DNA of 64,000 bases from the NCBI GenBank assembly GCA_030390025.1, contig CM059451.1:2108001-2172000 (forward strand). The letters are read 5' to 3'. The translations under genes and the position numbers were made by a program. The DNA comes from Squalus acanthias (lineage: Eukaryota). How positions within the stretch are numbered: position 1 is the first letter of the stretch; every line of letters begins with the position of its first letter. Below, piece after piece: positions 21,491-34,187 of the stretch. The notes beneath the pieces were generated by a model. The model searched no databases, had not been told where the DNA came from, and worked only from the letters and a program-made list of their open reading frames with translations.

Positions 21491-21894
21491 GCGAAAATGG
21501 CAGAAAAATGGGTGAGACAACGAAAATCTGAAGCGGTTAAGGTCAATGTTCAGAGCAGAGGGCTGCAATGCTTCCAGGAGAAAGGCAGGATAGCAGGGCT
21601 GATTCCTCAGCCAATATTCTGCTTGGGGAGGGGACCCTCACAGGCGGTGTGGAAGCAGTGCGGAGTTGGCCAGCTCGGCCTGAGTGCAGGCCGTCCTGCA
21701 TTCTTGACTTCGCGGGAGAGGTCGGAAGTATTTTTCAGGCAGTGCTGCAATTGTGAGCAGGCCTGATTGTAGCCCTGAAATGTATTCAACTTCATTTCTT
21801 GGTCTCCACAAGAAACTCCGCATGTTCTCCTGCCTGTCAGCTCTTGTTGCAACCGGAGTCTTCCATGTTGTTTGCTGTGGAACATCAATCCTTA

Positions 21895-22085
21895 CATAGG
21901 AACAGGAGGAGGCCATTCAGACCCTCGAGCCTGTTCTGTCATTCGATTCGATCATGGCTGATCTGTATCTTAACTCCATCTACCCGCCTTTGCCCCATAA
22001 CCCTTGATACCCTTAACATATGAAAGATCTATTAATCTCGGTCTGGAAAATTTCAATTGACCCAGCATCCACAACCTTCTGAGTG
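21895..22085 (-). mobile_element. CR1 3' tail fragment
   Basis: gatcagccatgatcgaatcgaatgacagaacaggctcgagggtctgaatggcc. Confidence 0.75.
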
Positions 22086-22144
22086 GGGAGGGGGGAGGGG
22101 AAGAATGTTCCAGAATGCCCCGATCCACATTTATAGGATTTCTT

Positions 22145-22430
22145 GGACGTAAAAGATCCCATGGCACTATTTCAAAGAAGAGCAGGGGAGTTATCCCCGG
22201 TGTCCTGGCCAATATTTATCCCTCAACCAACATAACAAAAACAAACAGATGACCTGGTCATTATCACATTGCTGTGTGTGGGAGCTTGCTGTGCGCAAAT
22301 TGGCTGCCGCGTTTCCCACATTACAACAGCGACTACACTCCAAAAAAGTACTTCATTGGCTGTGAAGCACTTTGAGACGTCCGGTGGTCGTGAAAGGTGC
22401 TATAAAATGCAAGTCTTTCTTTTCTTTCTT
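22145..22430 (+). mobile_element. SacSINE1-like SINE 3' part (further fragment at 22630-22762, minus strand)
   Basis: ggacgtaaaagatcccatggcactatttc...gtgaaaggtgctataaaatgcaagtctttc. Confidence 0.82.
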
Positions 22431-24186
22431 GGTAATGCTCTGTTGAAATTCAATTTATGCCGAATCGGTGATGGAACCCGGCCTTAGAGAGACCTTCTTT
22501 CCTTCAGGGGCACTTCAAGGTTAGAGGGACTGTTCTTCTGATGAGTCTGTAAGTGTCTGGCTGCACAAACAGGCCAAAAAGATCTTCTGGTTGTTAATTG
22601 CAAAGGGTGGGGTAGTGTTGAAGGGTAAACATTGGCCAGGACACTGGGGAGAAATAGTGGCCATGGGATCTTTTACGTCCACCTGAGAGAGCAGACGGGG
22701 CCTCGGTTTAACGTCTCATCCGAAAGACGGCACCTCCGACAGTGCGGCACTCCCTCAGTGCATCAAGTCGTTACCAAGCCAAAAAAAAACCATTAACATC
22801 AGATCTGTATGTAAACATGAGTGAACCCAAATTAAACTCTGGAGGAATTTTTAATAGTGTAGGCAAAAATGAGGGAAGACCTTGTTCGTGCTGATGCACA
22901 GAATTACTACACAGAAGGCACACTTAGCACGTGTGTTAGCTGTAACACACAGAGGAATTTAACCTCCCTTGGGTCTTCTCTTAAGTGTTCAACTGGAATG
23001 GCATCAGTCCATTGGACATTTGGACAGAGGGCTAGCTTCAACCCTGACTTGAACATTCCTTTAACTCTGAGACTTTTGTGATTATGATCTTATAAACAGA
23101 GCCAGTTTTCATCTCCTCTTAAAAAAGGCTCCATTCTTACTGGCAGGCTGTTCAGAACCTATCTTTAAACGGCTCCTTTTTGCAGAGCCTCCAAAACCAA
23201 TCAAGAGGAACAATGTCAAATTGAAACAAGCTGTAAACCAAAAGGATAAAGTTGATTAAAAGTCAATTGTTTCCGCTGTAATTATTTGGATGTCCTCAGG
23301 GTGAAACATCAAACCACAAATAATCTCAGAAACACACTGCTGAAAGAAGTCAGCACTGAAGACATGCCAAGACACTTCCAAGATGATTCCCATCACAATT
23401 ATTCACAGTTTGCGTTAATGATCTCAACTGGCTTTTCTTGTAATGTTACCTCAATAATGTCCCAATTACGCACCAATATAGCTTAAGACCATGTTGTAGA
23501 GTGTTAATGGACTACTCTTCTGGCCTGTACTGATTTGCCTACCCTGACATCAGGAGTTCAGTCCATTGCTAGACAACAGGGGAGCATCAGCATGATGAAG
23601 CCATGATGGAGAACACTGAGGAATGCTGGTGACTTCTTTGATCTCCCCTCCCTTGTTCCTCCTAAGTTCCCAAACACGTTGTTCTTCGCACTCTTCCTCC
23701 CTCCTGCAAACTCACTCCCACACATTCCGCATGTGCGCGCACACGCAATTGGGCAGTTAGGGCCCCAGCATCAACATCGTTGCACTCCAAATTCCTCGAA
23801 GTGAGAATTTTGTTGGTATTTCGAGGAGATGCTGAGAACAAGCGTGGGCCTCACTACATCCCCGCGTTAAAATAGGTCCTGTGCCAAATTGCCCACGGTT
23901 TTCAGGCCTGTTCGTTCTGGGAGTGCTGTCCATATAAAACAGGAGCTTTTCATCTTCCACACTGTTGGCTTCAGCATTTGGATTCTTAAAGCTGGCACTG
24001 CGTTCTGCTCTGCGAGCGCGATTTCCTTCCTTGTTTGACTTCCCATCTTGATGGTTCTGAATTATTGGCTTTCAAATACTTACTTCTGCTGCCCCGCTAC
24101 TGAATTTATGCAACACAGGACTTTGTCTGCACAGACCTGATCTTGCCACCAGCTGCCAACCTGAGGTCCAAGCACACTGCCCAACA

Positions 24187-24487
24187 TTGACATCCCATTG
24201 GTCCTGTCAGTGGTTGTCTTGGATTTGGAGAAGGAGGAGGAGTTCAGGCGGAGGGAAGAAAGGCAGGTGCATTTACACATCAAGCACCAGTCCCTCGACC
24301 ACAAGAAGCCCAGGAGCCCAAGCATTCAGACCCAGACACACCTACTTGGCCACGTCTGAGGAGACCTGCTTTCACCGTCTCCGCTTCCCGAGGGAGGCTG
24401 TCCTGGAGTAACATCTTCTGCTGGAGCCTGATCTGCAGACAAGATCTCACGCAAGGGGGCGGTCCTGCCCATTGCTGTGGGTCACCC
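24187..24487 (+). pseudogene. Decayed PIF/Harbinger (HARBI1-like) transposase N-terminus
   Basis: FRPRHTYLATSEETCFHRLRFPREAVLE*HLLLEPDLQTRSHAR/AVLPIAV; possible left end gggcccc near 23760. Confidence 0.7.
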
Positions 24488-24574
24488 CAGCATTGAACCC
24501 GGTCCTTTCAAGCCACTTCTCTTGCCATTTGCTGCATCAGTCAGACTCCGGCCCACCGAGCACCGAAGCCTTAA

Positions 24575-24795
24575 ATAGAAACAGAAAATGCTGGAAACAG
24601 TCAGCAGCAATGTTCCCTCTTAATTTTTTTCCTCGTGTGTGGTCCCTTTAACTGGCTGCGCGGCCCATGCAAGGTTTCTTCCATATAAAGGCCAGTGAGC
24701 GGCCAGCGCGGGACCGTTGCTCAGCAGGTCAGGCAGCATCTGTGGAGAGGGAAAGAGAGTCAATGTTTCGGGCCGATGACGGTTCACCAGCACCT
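24575..24795 (-). mobile_element. Penelope-like terminal fragment containing a hAT MITE
   Basis: acagaaaatgctggaaac...cagcaggtcaggcagcatctgtggag; degenerate hammerhead motif. Confidence 0.7.
24608..24719. mobile_element. 112-bp hAT-type MITE
   Basis: 8-bp TSD gtcagcag/ctcagcag; imperfect TIR caatgttccc/gggaccgttg. Confidence 0.7.
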
Positions 24796-26188
24796 CACCG
24801 AGCATCGAAGCCTTGTTTGCCAGGTCAACGCTTTGGTCATTTTCCCCCATAGAAAGCAGGCAATAGTGTGAGACGGCACAGGCACTTTCACCAGGTGGGA
24901 GGCTTCCTTAAACTGCCAGGCCTCATTAATTGCACACATCCATTAAGAACTTTCTAAGAAGGTCACTTTAACTGCAAAGGTGGATTATTTTACTGCAAAA
25001 TAAATGTGTATTTGTGTAAAGCAAAAATGTCTTCCTGTCATATGTGAAGCAGACTCAGTTGTAAAATTGCCACGGTTAAGCTGCCCTACCATTTAACTAT
25101 CAATATTATTCATTAAATTAAATCCAATATCCCTAGCCTGCACAGACTTGTAGGAGTCTGCAAGTGAAGCTCTCTCTCTGATTGCCTCGTAAATAGTTCC
25201 TCGCGTCTCAATCAGCGTCGACTCAGACTCCATTGTCCAAAGCTAGGACAGCGAGGAGTTCTTTGAGAATTTAGGACATCTCGGGAGGGCTAACTCCCAC
25301 AATGCTGTGCGCCCAGTGGCCAGCTATGCTCCCAGGGAGCAAGGGTCGGAGATTCAAAGCTGCAGGGCTGTCGCGCAATCGCCGACCTGCACACTCTTGG
25401 AGCGCAGCTCCCGGCCAGGAGCACGGCAATGCGGAATTGGCCCGTAGAATTTTTAGCAACTGGAAAGACAGTCTTGATCCTTTTTTGAGAGATCAACCCA
25501 CACCTATCCACCCCACAATCCTTTCTCTCTCAAGTAACTAATTGCCTCTTGAATCCCCTTACACTGTTCCCCACTGCTAACTGATTCCATCATTCAATTA
25601 AATATTTTGAAATGTTCCATCTGATATGGCAGATGCTTTTTGGGCTGTTTTTTTTAACGCAGCGGGTGAAAGGTTAAAGTAGCCCAGAATGCCTCATCAC
25701 AATGAAGAGATCCTCAGGCCGAATAGAGCGATTTGCTGTAATTCAGGGAGAGAAAAAGGCCAATGACAGAGTATTCCACCCTTGGCCAACCTTGGTCTGG
25801 ATTTGAACTCTCCACCGCCTGGCGGAAAACAGGCCGGGTGGGATGGGTGGGGCAGTTAAAATGGAGCGGCCCACTTACCCTCTCATTTCCCGCCCCGATC
25901 TAACTGACTGCAATTTTAAGTTGCAGGCAGCAAGGACACCCACCCCAAGGTGATGGGGTCCTCTTTAAATATGCAGGTCAGGCTCTGATGATGTCATTAG
26001 GGCCTGATGCGCATATTTAACCCAAGGCCTGAGTGGGGAAGGAGTGGTGCCTCCTTAACAGGCCAAATCTGCCAAGGAACAAGAGCCAAGACTAGAATAA
26101 GCCCAGCAAGGTAACCAAATTAGAAGTTACAACAGAAAATGCTGCAAATACTCAGCAGGCCAGGCAGCATCTGTGGAGAGAGAAATAT

Positions 26189-26936
26189 GGGTTGGATTTT
26201 GTCTTGGGGTCGGGTTGGGGTCGTGTCATCCGCATTTCGTGTTCCCCCCCCGCCTGACTCCAGATTAATGTGGATCAATGATGCAATTTTCACTTAATTG
26301 GGCAATTGAGTTGCAGCATGTGGGAACCCATGAACTAATTAGTGGTTTGAGTCTGAAAGTCACCTCTGATGATGTCATCATTGCTGACTGGTCTCAGAGA
26401 TTGTCTGGCTGTTGGTGAGAGAGGAGCCTGGCTTTTGATGTGAGTGGGCCTGGATTGGGGGGGGGGGGGAGAGAGAGAGATAGATTTTTTTTCCATCCAA
26501 GTCCTCGCACAGCAAAGGCCAGGCAGTCTCTGAACACATTCAATGCAGCAGCATCAGAGGCGACTTTCAGACCTAATACTACTACTACCTTCATCACATC
26601 TCCGTTGTAATAGTGGACCTGCAGCTCATAGTCAGCTATCCACTTGTGCTCCCGCCAGGTTTCACTGGAGTGTTTCACACCAGGCGTACTTCACGTCAGA
26701 AAAGGGTTAAACTAGCTAAAACGTTTCAAAATGGCATTACAGAGCCAATTTAGGGCTTGTTAAGGGCTTTAATGGCCTCTCCCGCCTCTTGGAGGCGGGA
26801 CGGAGTCGGGAACCCCACGACTGATTTTGTCAAAATTGCGTGGAGGCGGGATGGAGGCGGGATGGGGTCGGGACCCCCGACCCCGCAAAATTTAACCCCC
26901 CAAACCCGACTCCATGGGTCATTGAAAATCCAGCCC
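26189..26936. mobile_element. Non-autonomous PIF/Harbinger element (family C2)
   Basis: TIR gggttggatttt/aaaatccagccc; inverted homologue of 43188-43766. Confidence 0.82.
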
Positions 26937-26940
26937 ATAG

Positions 26941-26977
26941 AGTCAACGTTTCAGGTCTGGGACCCTTCATCAGAACT
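26941..26977 (-). ncRNA. Minimal hammerhead ribozyme motif (Penelope)
   Basis: AGUU CUGAUGA A GGGUC CCA GACCU GAAAC GUU GACU. Confidence 0.68.
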
Positions 26978-27385
26978 GGAAAAGGCTAGAGATGTAACAG
27001 GTTTTTAGCAGGTGCAGGGGGGGGGAAGGGGGAAGGAATTGAAGGCATAGTCTGTGCTAGGATTGAACTCAGGAGAGATTAAATGTTGCAAATGGGGATG
27101 GCAGAATAATCAACAGCTGCCGCCTGAAAAAATGGGGGGGTTATAGACTGAAATTGTTGATCTCGATGTTGAGTCCAGAAGGCTGTAAAGTGCCTAATCG
27201 AAAGATGAGGTGCTGTTCCTCGAGCTTACGTTGAGCTTCATTGGAACAATGTAAGAGGCCGAGGTCTGAGTGGGAGTGGAGCGGAGAATTAAAGTGATAG
27301 GCGACCGGAAGCTCGGGGTCACACTTACGGACTGAACGGAGGTGTTCCGCAAAGCGGTCACCCAATCTGCGTTTGGTCTCCCCAA

Positions 27386-27900
27386 ATTGGAAGGCCTTGA
27401 ACAGCAGGTGGTGCGAGAGGTGAGTGTGGCACACAAAGCGTTGAAGGACCTTGGAGAGAATGGATAGATTAGAGATAGGTTGGCAGTGTGAGAATGAGGT
27501 GATGATGCTAGTTTTGAATGAGGTGGGATGAGGGTGAGGAGAAGCTAACAATATCAGAAAGTTGGGTTGTCAGGAGCTGGGTCGGGAGTGGGGTCTCGGT
27601 TACAGCTGGTGGGCTTCGTGGAGCACATGAACCTGATGCGAGCTAGGGGAAAATGGGCAAGAAGTTGCAGAGTGTAAAGAGCTGGAGCTGGGATGGAAGC
27701 TTCATACATGCAGTTATTGAGCAGCTACTGATGGACACTGTGGGGTCAGTGTGGGTTGTGGGCCAGAGGAGAGGGCATTGGGAGTTAGAAAGGGTACTGG
27801 TGAGGGAGTTAGGAAGTAGCTTTTTCGAGGAGAGTGGAGGGATTAGGGTCGGCAGGGGTATGTATATAGTGAAAGACGGATGAAAGAAACTACATGAAAG
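27386..27900 (-). mobile_element. Old L2-like RT fragment
   Basis: CQPISNLSILSKVLQRFV, degenerate NYRPISNLPFLSKVLERxV. Confidence 0.55.
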
Positions 27901-28497
27901 CAGCTGTGCTATTAACATTGGACAATTGTAGGTGTCAGGTTTTCAGTTGCCTGAGATATCGTTTCATATCAAAAAGCATAAATACGGGTAAAAACAGAAA
28001 GGTGTGTCCATCACTTGGGCCACAGGGGTAATAATGTGTTCTCTTTCTTTCACCCTCACTCTTATCCCTGTCTTTCTCTTTTCCTCAGAGGGTGGTGACA
28101 TGCATGGATGGTCTTGTCTCTATTAGAGCTCTTTTGCCTTCTGTTGTTGGCCAACAAGAAAAATGCCCAGCATGACCGGCACGTGCCGACATGGGGTCGT
28201 GCTCCTGTGCCGGAGGAAGTGGGAGATCCCTCTCACGCATGTGTGACTCCCCCCTCCGCTGCCCCCCCCCCCCCCCAAATCCTCTCCCCCTGTGATGCAA
28301 GAGTGTTGAGGGGGCAGGATTGAAGTTGCTCGCTCAAAGATGTAAGCATAAAGAACGATAGTGTTCGATGGAATCATTGAGATAGAAAGAGAGTTGAGTA
28401 AGTGCAAGAAAATAAGAGCAAAGCAGTCACGTAAATATGGCTGGCAGAGACCAGTCTCATTATGAACTGCTGCTAGTCCAACACATACTGTTGCCAC

Positions 28498-29490
28498 TAT
28501 AAGAACACAGGAACAGGAGGAGGCCATTCAGCCCCTCGAGCCTGTTCCGCCATTCAATTAGATCATGGCTAATCTGCATCTTAACTCCATTTACCCGTCT
28601 TGGTTCTGTAACCCTTAATACATAGGATTACATCGGATATATGGCACAGAAACAGGCCATTCGGCCCTACCAGTCCATGCTGGTGTTTATGCTCCACTCG
28701 AGCCTCCTCCCACCCGACTTCAACTAACTCTATTAGCATATCCCTCTATTCCTTCTCTCTCATATGCTTGTCTAGCCTCCCCTTAAATGCATCTATACTA
28801 TTTGCCTCAACCACTCCCTGTGGTAGCGAGTTCCACATTCTCACCACTCTCTGGGTAAAGAAGTTTCTTCTGAATTCCCTTCTTGGTGACTATCTTATAT
28901 TGATGGCCCCTAGTTCTGCTCTTCCCCACAAGTGGAAACATTCTCTCTGTATCTATCAAAACCTTTCATAATTTTAAAGACCTCTATTAGGTCACCCCTC
29001 AGCCTTCTTTTTTCAAGAGAAAAGAGCCCCAGCCTGTTCATCCCTTCCTGATGAGTATAACCTCGCATTTCTGGTATCATCCTTGTAAATCTTCTCTGCA
29101 CCCTCTCCAGTGCCTCTATATCCTTTTTATAATATGGCGACCAGAACTGTACACAGTACTCCAAGTGTGGTCTAACCAAGGTTCGATACAGGTTTAGCAT
29201 AACTTCCGTACTTTTCAATTCTATCCCTCTAGAAATAAACCCTAGTGCTTGGTTTGCTTTTTTTTATGGCCTTGCTAACCTGTGTCACAACTTTTAGTGA
29301 TTTGTGTATTTGTACTCCGAGATCCCTTTGCTCCTCTACCCCATTTAGATTCTTATTTTCCAAGTAATATTTGAGTTGCACATAGAGTGGTTGAGGTGCA
29401 TAGCATAGATGCCTTTAAGGGAACACTAGATAAGTACATTTATTAGTGACTGGCTTATATTTATGGCCGCTAGTTTTGGACTCCCCCACT
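28498..29490 (-). mobile_element. Cluster of CR1 3' fragments
   Basis: LYRTLVRPHLEYCVQFWSPYYKKDIEALERVQRRFTRM; type A tail 28498-28620 and type B tail from 28622. Confidence 0.88.
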
Positions 29491-30209
29491 TGTTTTCTTG
29501 CACATTTATGGAAATTGACTCTGGTAAGCCCAAGGTGAAAAATCTGTGTCAATATTGTTTTGAGTCAAGCTTCTGTCACTTCTGCCCTCAGTAAATGTGT
29601 GCATTCCTTCACATACGGTTGGAGAACCATGTTCTTCCTGCTATGATCCACAGAGCATGGGCTAAGCAAACGCAGTGGGCCGTGGGGACCCAAAGTAAAC
29701 GAATTAAACGGACACGGATAACTTGTGCAAACTATGTACTATGTGTGAGTTGGAAAGTCTGCAACTTTATGTGGATGGAATTTATGCTACATATACGTCA
29801 ACAAGATCATTACTTTATGGGGTAAAGACCCATATATTTTGTTTTTACGAAGTATTGCATAATATTTACAGCACAGAAACAGGCCATTCGGCCCCAACAG
29901 TTTGTACTCCACACGAGCCTCCTCCCATCTCTCTTCGTCATCTACACCACCCAGGAATCACTAACACTGACACAATTTTTATAACAAGGAATCTGTTCCA
30001 AGAACCAGCCATTAGAGACAACAATCACATCTGACAACTCGCATTCAATGGCACCTCTCTGATTGGATTCAACAAATGGAATCACCATTGTCTTTCAAAA
30101 AAAATCCATAATTTGGTCAAAGTTCAACAGCTACTGGAGCTTCCTAAGTTTCACGGAGAGGAGAGAATTCCTGTTGCAGTTCAACATGATACGATTGTTA
30201 TTTAAATAG

Positions 30210-30400
30210 ATAGATCGAGTCTACAGCTCAGAAACAGGCCATTCAGCCCAACTGGTCCATGCCGGTGTTTATGCTCCACATGAGCCTCCTCCCACCCCTC
30301 TTCATCTCACCCCATCAACATATCCTTCTATTCCTTTCTCCCTCATGTGTTTATCCAGCTTTCCCTTAAATCCATCTATACTATTCGCCTCAACTATTCC
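30210..30400 (-). mobile_element. CR1 type B tail fragment (smaller piece at 29860-29945)
   Basis: FKGKLDKHMREKGIEGYVDGVR plus the type B 3' UTR. Confidence 0.8.
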
Positions 30401-30489
30401 ATGTAGTCGTAAGTTATGCCCCTTTTCTTCCTCTCCGTGAATTCCGTGCTCAGCAAGTTTCAGGGATGTTCCTGCTGGGAAATGGAACA

Positions 30490-30750
30490 TTTTCCCATTT
30501 CAGGTACCCAGTGTCAGAATCAAAGACTTCCAGGTCGGGTATGACAGAGCCGGGCTGCAGTATGAGGCTCCCTCTCGACCCTTTCCCAAACAATGTGCCT
30601 CAGCCCTAACTTCAGAAGAGCAACTCCTGCTGATCTAATGTGACATTTTCCATAGCAACAGACCGTGTGGGGGCCTCCTCCGTGTGAGGATCAATTTATT
30701 GCTGAATTAGGGGGCTGTTTTTGTGGAATTTGGGTTGAGACAGCACAAAC
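30490..30750 (-). mobile_element. LF-SINE-like relic (3' part)
   Basis: Minus strand ctgaagttagggctgaggcacattgtttgggaaagg resembles LF-SINE ggtcagggttgaggcacattggcagggc (consensus recalled, not aligned). Confidence 0.5.
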
Positions 30751-33387
30751 TTATTTCATAGACGCCCTTGTTTACAGGTTCCTTTCTTGGAGGGCCATTT
30801 TCAACTGCTGCCTGCCCTGTTTATGAGGCGTCTGGCACTTGAAAATGGCGGGGAAACCGCGGCCGCTCCTTGGGCGCCCAAGGCCTGCCTGATGCGATTT
30901 TCAGGCAGGCCTGTAAATGGGTGCTTGGCGCTCCTGCCCGAAACAGGTGGCAGGCTGCTTGCAAATTGATTCAAATCGGGGTCCTTCGCCAGTTGTAGGG
31001 CCCCGTTTGCAGTTGTCAAGTCCAAACGGGTGGAGCCTGTGCCGTGCACGCTCTGGCCCATTTGTATCGGGCGGTGAACGGACTAACCGGCTGTCCTTAA
31101 AGGGACCACTGGAGGCGGCTCCCAAAACGGTCTGGATCATTTTTGTGGAGCCAGGAGGAGCAGGAATGTTGCTCCAGGTCTCACCGAAATACTGTTGGCT
31201 AGCGCCCCTCCCCCCCACACACCCCGATGCACCTCCCCCTCCCCCTATAGCGCTGATTTCCGGCTCAGCTCTCCCATGAGGGCCACTGGGTTTTCGACCC
31301 ACTGTTTCGATGAGCTGCCCGTCAACACTCATTGAGCATTGGGCAGCTCGCCGACTGTATTTAAATGTTTCAGGTCTCCCGCTGAAGAGTTCAGGTGGGC
31401 GCAGAGGATGCAGTAACGGGCTTACGGCCCTTGACCTCCCTGTGCCATACAACACCCATGAGCAAGAGGTGGACGGGCAACAACACCCAACCCTCTGGTA
31501 GTGCTGTTTGGAAGCTCGCGGTTGGGAATTTCATGAACGGGGGTCTAGGGTAACGTTCCATTTGTAATTTTCCATTCCTCCCTGTAGTAAAGCCTTTAGC
31601 CTCCACTTGCGACCACCTCATAGTGATACGACTGAGATACGCCTCAAATAGTTGGTGTGAACCCACATCATAAGAACTAGGAGCAGGAGTAGGCCATTCA
31701 GCCCCTTGAGCCTGCTCCGCCATTCAATAAGATCATGGCTGATCTTCTACCTCAACTCCACTTTCCTGCACTATCCCCCAAATCCCTTGATTTCCTTAAT
31801 ATCCAAAAATCTATTGATCTCTGTCTTGAATATACTCAACGACTGAGCCTCCACAGCCCTCTGGGGTAGAGAATTCCAAAAATTCACCACCCTCTGAGTG
31901 AAGAAATTTCTCTTCATCTCAGTCCTAAATGGCCGACCCCTTATTCTGAGACTGTGACCCCTGGTTCTAGACTCCCCAGCCAGGGGAAACATCCTCCCTG
32001 CATCTACCCTGTCAAGTCATGTAAGAATTTTGTATGTTTCAATGGGATCACCTCTCATTCTTCTAAACTCTAGAGAATATAGGCCTAGTCTACTCAATCT
32101 CTCCTCAAAGGACAATCCCCCCATCCCAGGAACCAGTCTGGTGAACCTTCGTTGCACTCCCTCTATGGCAAGTATATCCTTCCTTAGGTAAGGAGACCAA
32201 AACTGTACACAATACTCCAGGTGTGGTCTCACCAGGGCCCTATATAATTGCAGTAAGATGTCTTTGCTATTATACTCAAATCATCTTGTAATAAAGGGCA
32301 ACATACCATTTGCTTTCCTAATTGGTTGCTGTACCTGCATGTTAACTTTCAGTGATTCGTGTACAAGGACACCCAGGTCCCTCTGAACACCAACATTTCC
32401 CAATCTCTCACCATTTAAAAAATACTCTGCTTTTCTATTTTTCCTACCAAAGTGGATAACTTCACATTTCTCCACATTATATTCCATTTGCCATGTTCTT
32501 GCCCACTCACTTAGCCTGTCTATATCCCCTTGAAGCCTCCTTGCATCCTCTTCACAACTTACATTCCCACTCAGTTTTGTATCATCAGCAAACTTGGATA
32601 TGTTACATTTGGTCCCCTCATCCAAATCATTGATGTAGATTGTGAATAGCTGAGGCTCAAGCACTGATCCTTGCGGTACCCACTAGTTACAGCCTGCCAA
32701 CCTGAAAATGACCCGTTTATTCCTACTCTCTGTTTTCTGTCCGTTAACCAATCCTCAATCCATGCTGGTATATTACCCCCAATCCCATGAGCCCTAATTT
32801 TGTTTAATAACCTCTTGTGTGGCACCTTATCAAATGCCTTCTGAAAATCTAAATACACCACATCCACTGGTTCCCCCTTATCTATTCTGCTAGTTACAAC
32901 CTCAAAAAACTCAAACAGGTTTGTCAAACACGATTTCCTTTTCATAAATCCGTGTTGACTCTGCCCAATCCTATTATTATTTTCTAAGTGCCCTGTTATC
33001 ACGTCCTTAATAATAGATTCTTGCATTTTCCCTACTACTGATGTCAGGCTAACTGGCCTGTAGTTCCCCGTTTTCTCTCTCCCTCCTTTCTTAAATAGTG
33101 GGGTTACATTTGCTACCTTCCAATCCACGGGAGCTGTTCTAGAATCTATGGAATTTTGGAAAATGACAACCAATGCATCCACTATCTCTATAGCCACCTC
33201 TTTCAAAACCCGAGGATGTCGGCCATCAGGCCATGGGAATTTATTGGCTTTCAGTCCCATTAATTTCTCCAGTACTATTTTTTTTACTAATACTAATTTC
33301 TTTCAGTTCCTCATTCTCGTTAGAGCCTTGGTTCTCCATTATTTTCAGGAAGTTTTTTGCATCTTCTTCCGTGAAGACAGACAGAAA

Positions 33388-34187
33388 GGGCTGGATTTTG
33401 AAACTGGGGACGGGATGGAGGCGGGACTCCCACTTTTTGGGTTGTAGTCCCGCCTCCATCGACTTGTGGCCATCCCACTGTATTTTCACTTGATTGACCT
33501 TGTTGAGCCCGCCCAGCGGGCTCAGCAGACCAATTAAGGGCCACCCGGCAACAGGTGACGTCACAGATTGACATTTCATCTGTCGAGCTTTTGACAGATG
33601 AAATATCAGCGTTTGACAGCTCCTTGAAGCTGTCAAACACTGACAATCTGTACTCTAAGTTAATTCCTTCCTCTCAGGCTGATTTAGAGATCTCTGCAGA
33701 ACAAAAAGCAGAGGCTGCAGCTTTTGACAGCTCAACGGCCATTCTGCTTTCTGTGCCGGTGAGATTTCTGACTCCCGAGACCTGAAGGGCTGACACCTGC
33801 AGGAGGAGGTTAAGGTAAGTAAAACTTTTTTCCACACTTTACACTTACCTTACACACTTACCTCTGCACACATGCACCCATCACTCACCTGCCCACCGGA
33901 CATATCGACCCCTCCAACCCCTGCAGACCCATGGTCCGCCTCGCTAAAACGGCGTGGTTGGGACCTGTCGGGAAGCCCACATTTCAGGCATAAAAATAGG
34001 GAGTAGGCAAAAAACTGCCTGTTAACTACCTGTTAACAGGCAGTTTATTGTCACTAATCCCCTTCCCGCCTCGGGGAGGCGGGTCCCAGCACAGGTCCGG
34101 TGGATGGGGTCACGACCCCCGATTCAGCTATTTTCAATCCAGTCCCGCCTCCAAACCCGCCTCCATGGCTCAATGAAAATTCTGCCC
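33388..34187. mobile_element. Non-autonomous PIF/Harbinger element (family C1) inside CR1 ORF2
   Basis: TIR gggctggatttt/aaaattctgccc; perfect TSD AAA. Confidence 0.9.

Larger units (their letters stand above)
26128..27385 (-). mobile_element. Penelope-like element 3' part with GIY-YIG endonuclease C-terminus, split by a Harbinger element
   Basis: GETKRRLGDRFAEHLRSVRKCDPELPVAYHFNS...RKLEEQHLIFRLGTLQPSGLNIE. Confidence 0.88.

Noticed and set aside
27141-27551. 136-aa ORF as a novel RT/GIY-YIG fusion protein
   Set aside because: Chance in-frame junction of an old L2 fragment and a truncated Penelope fragment.
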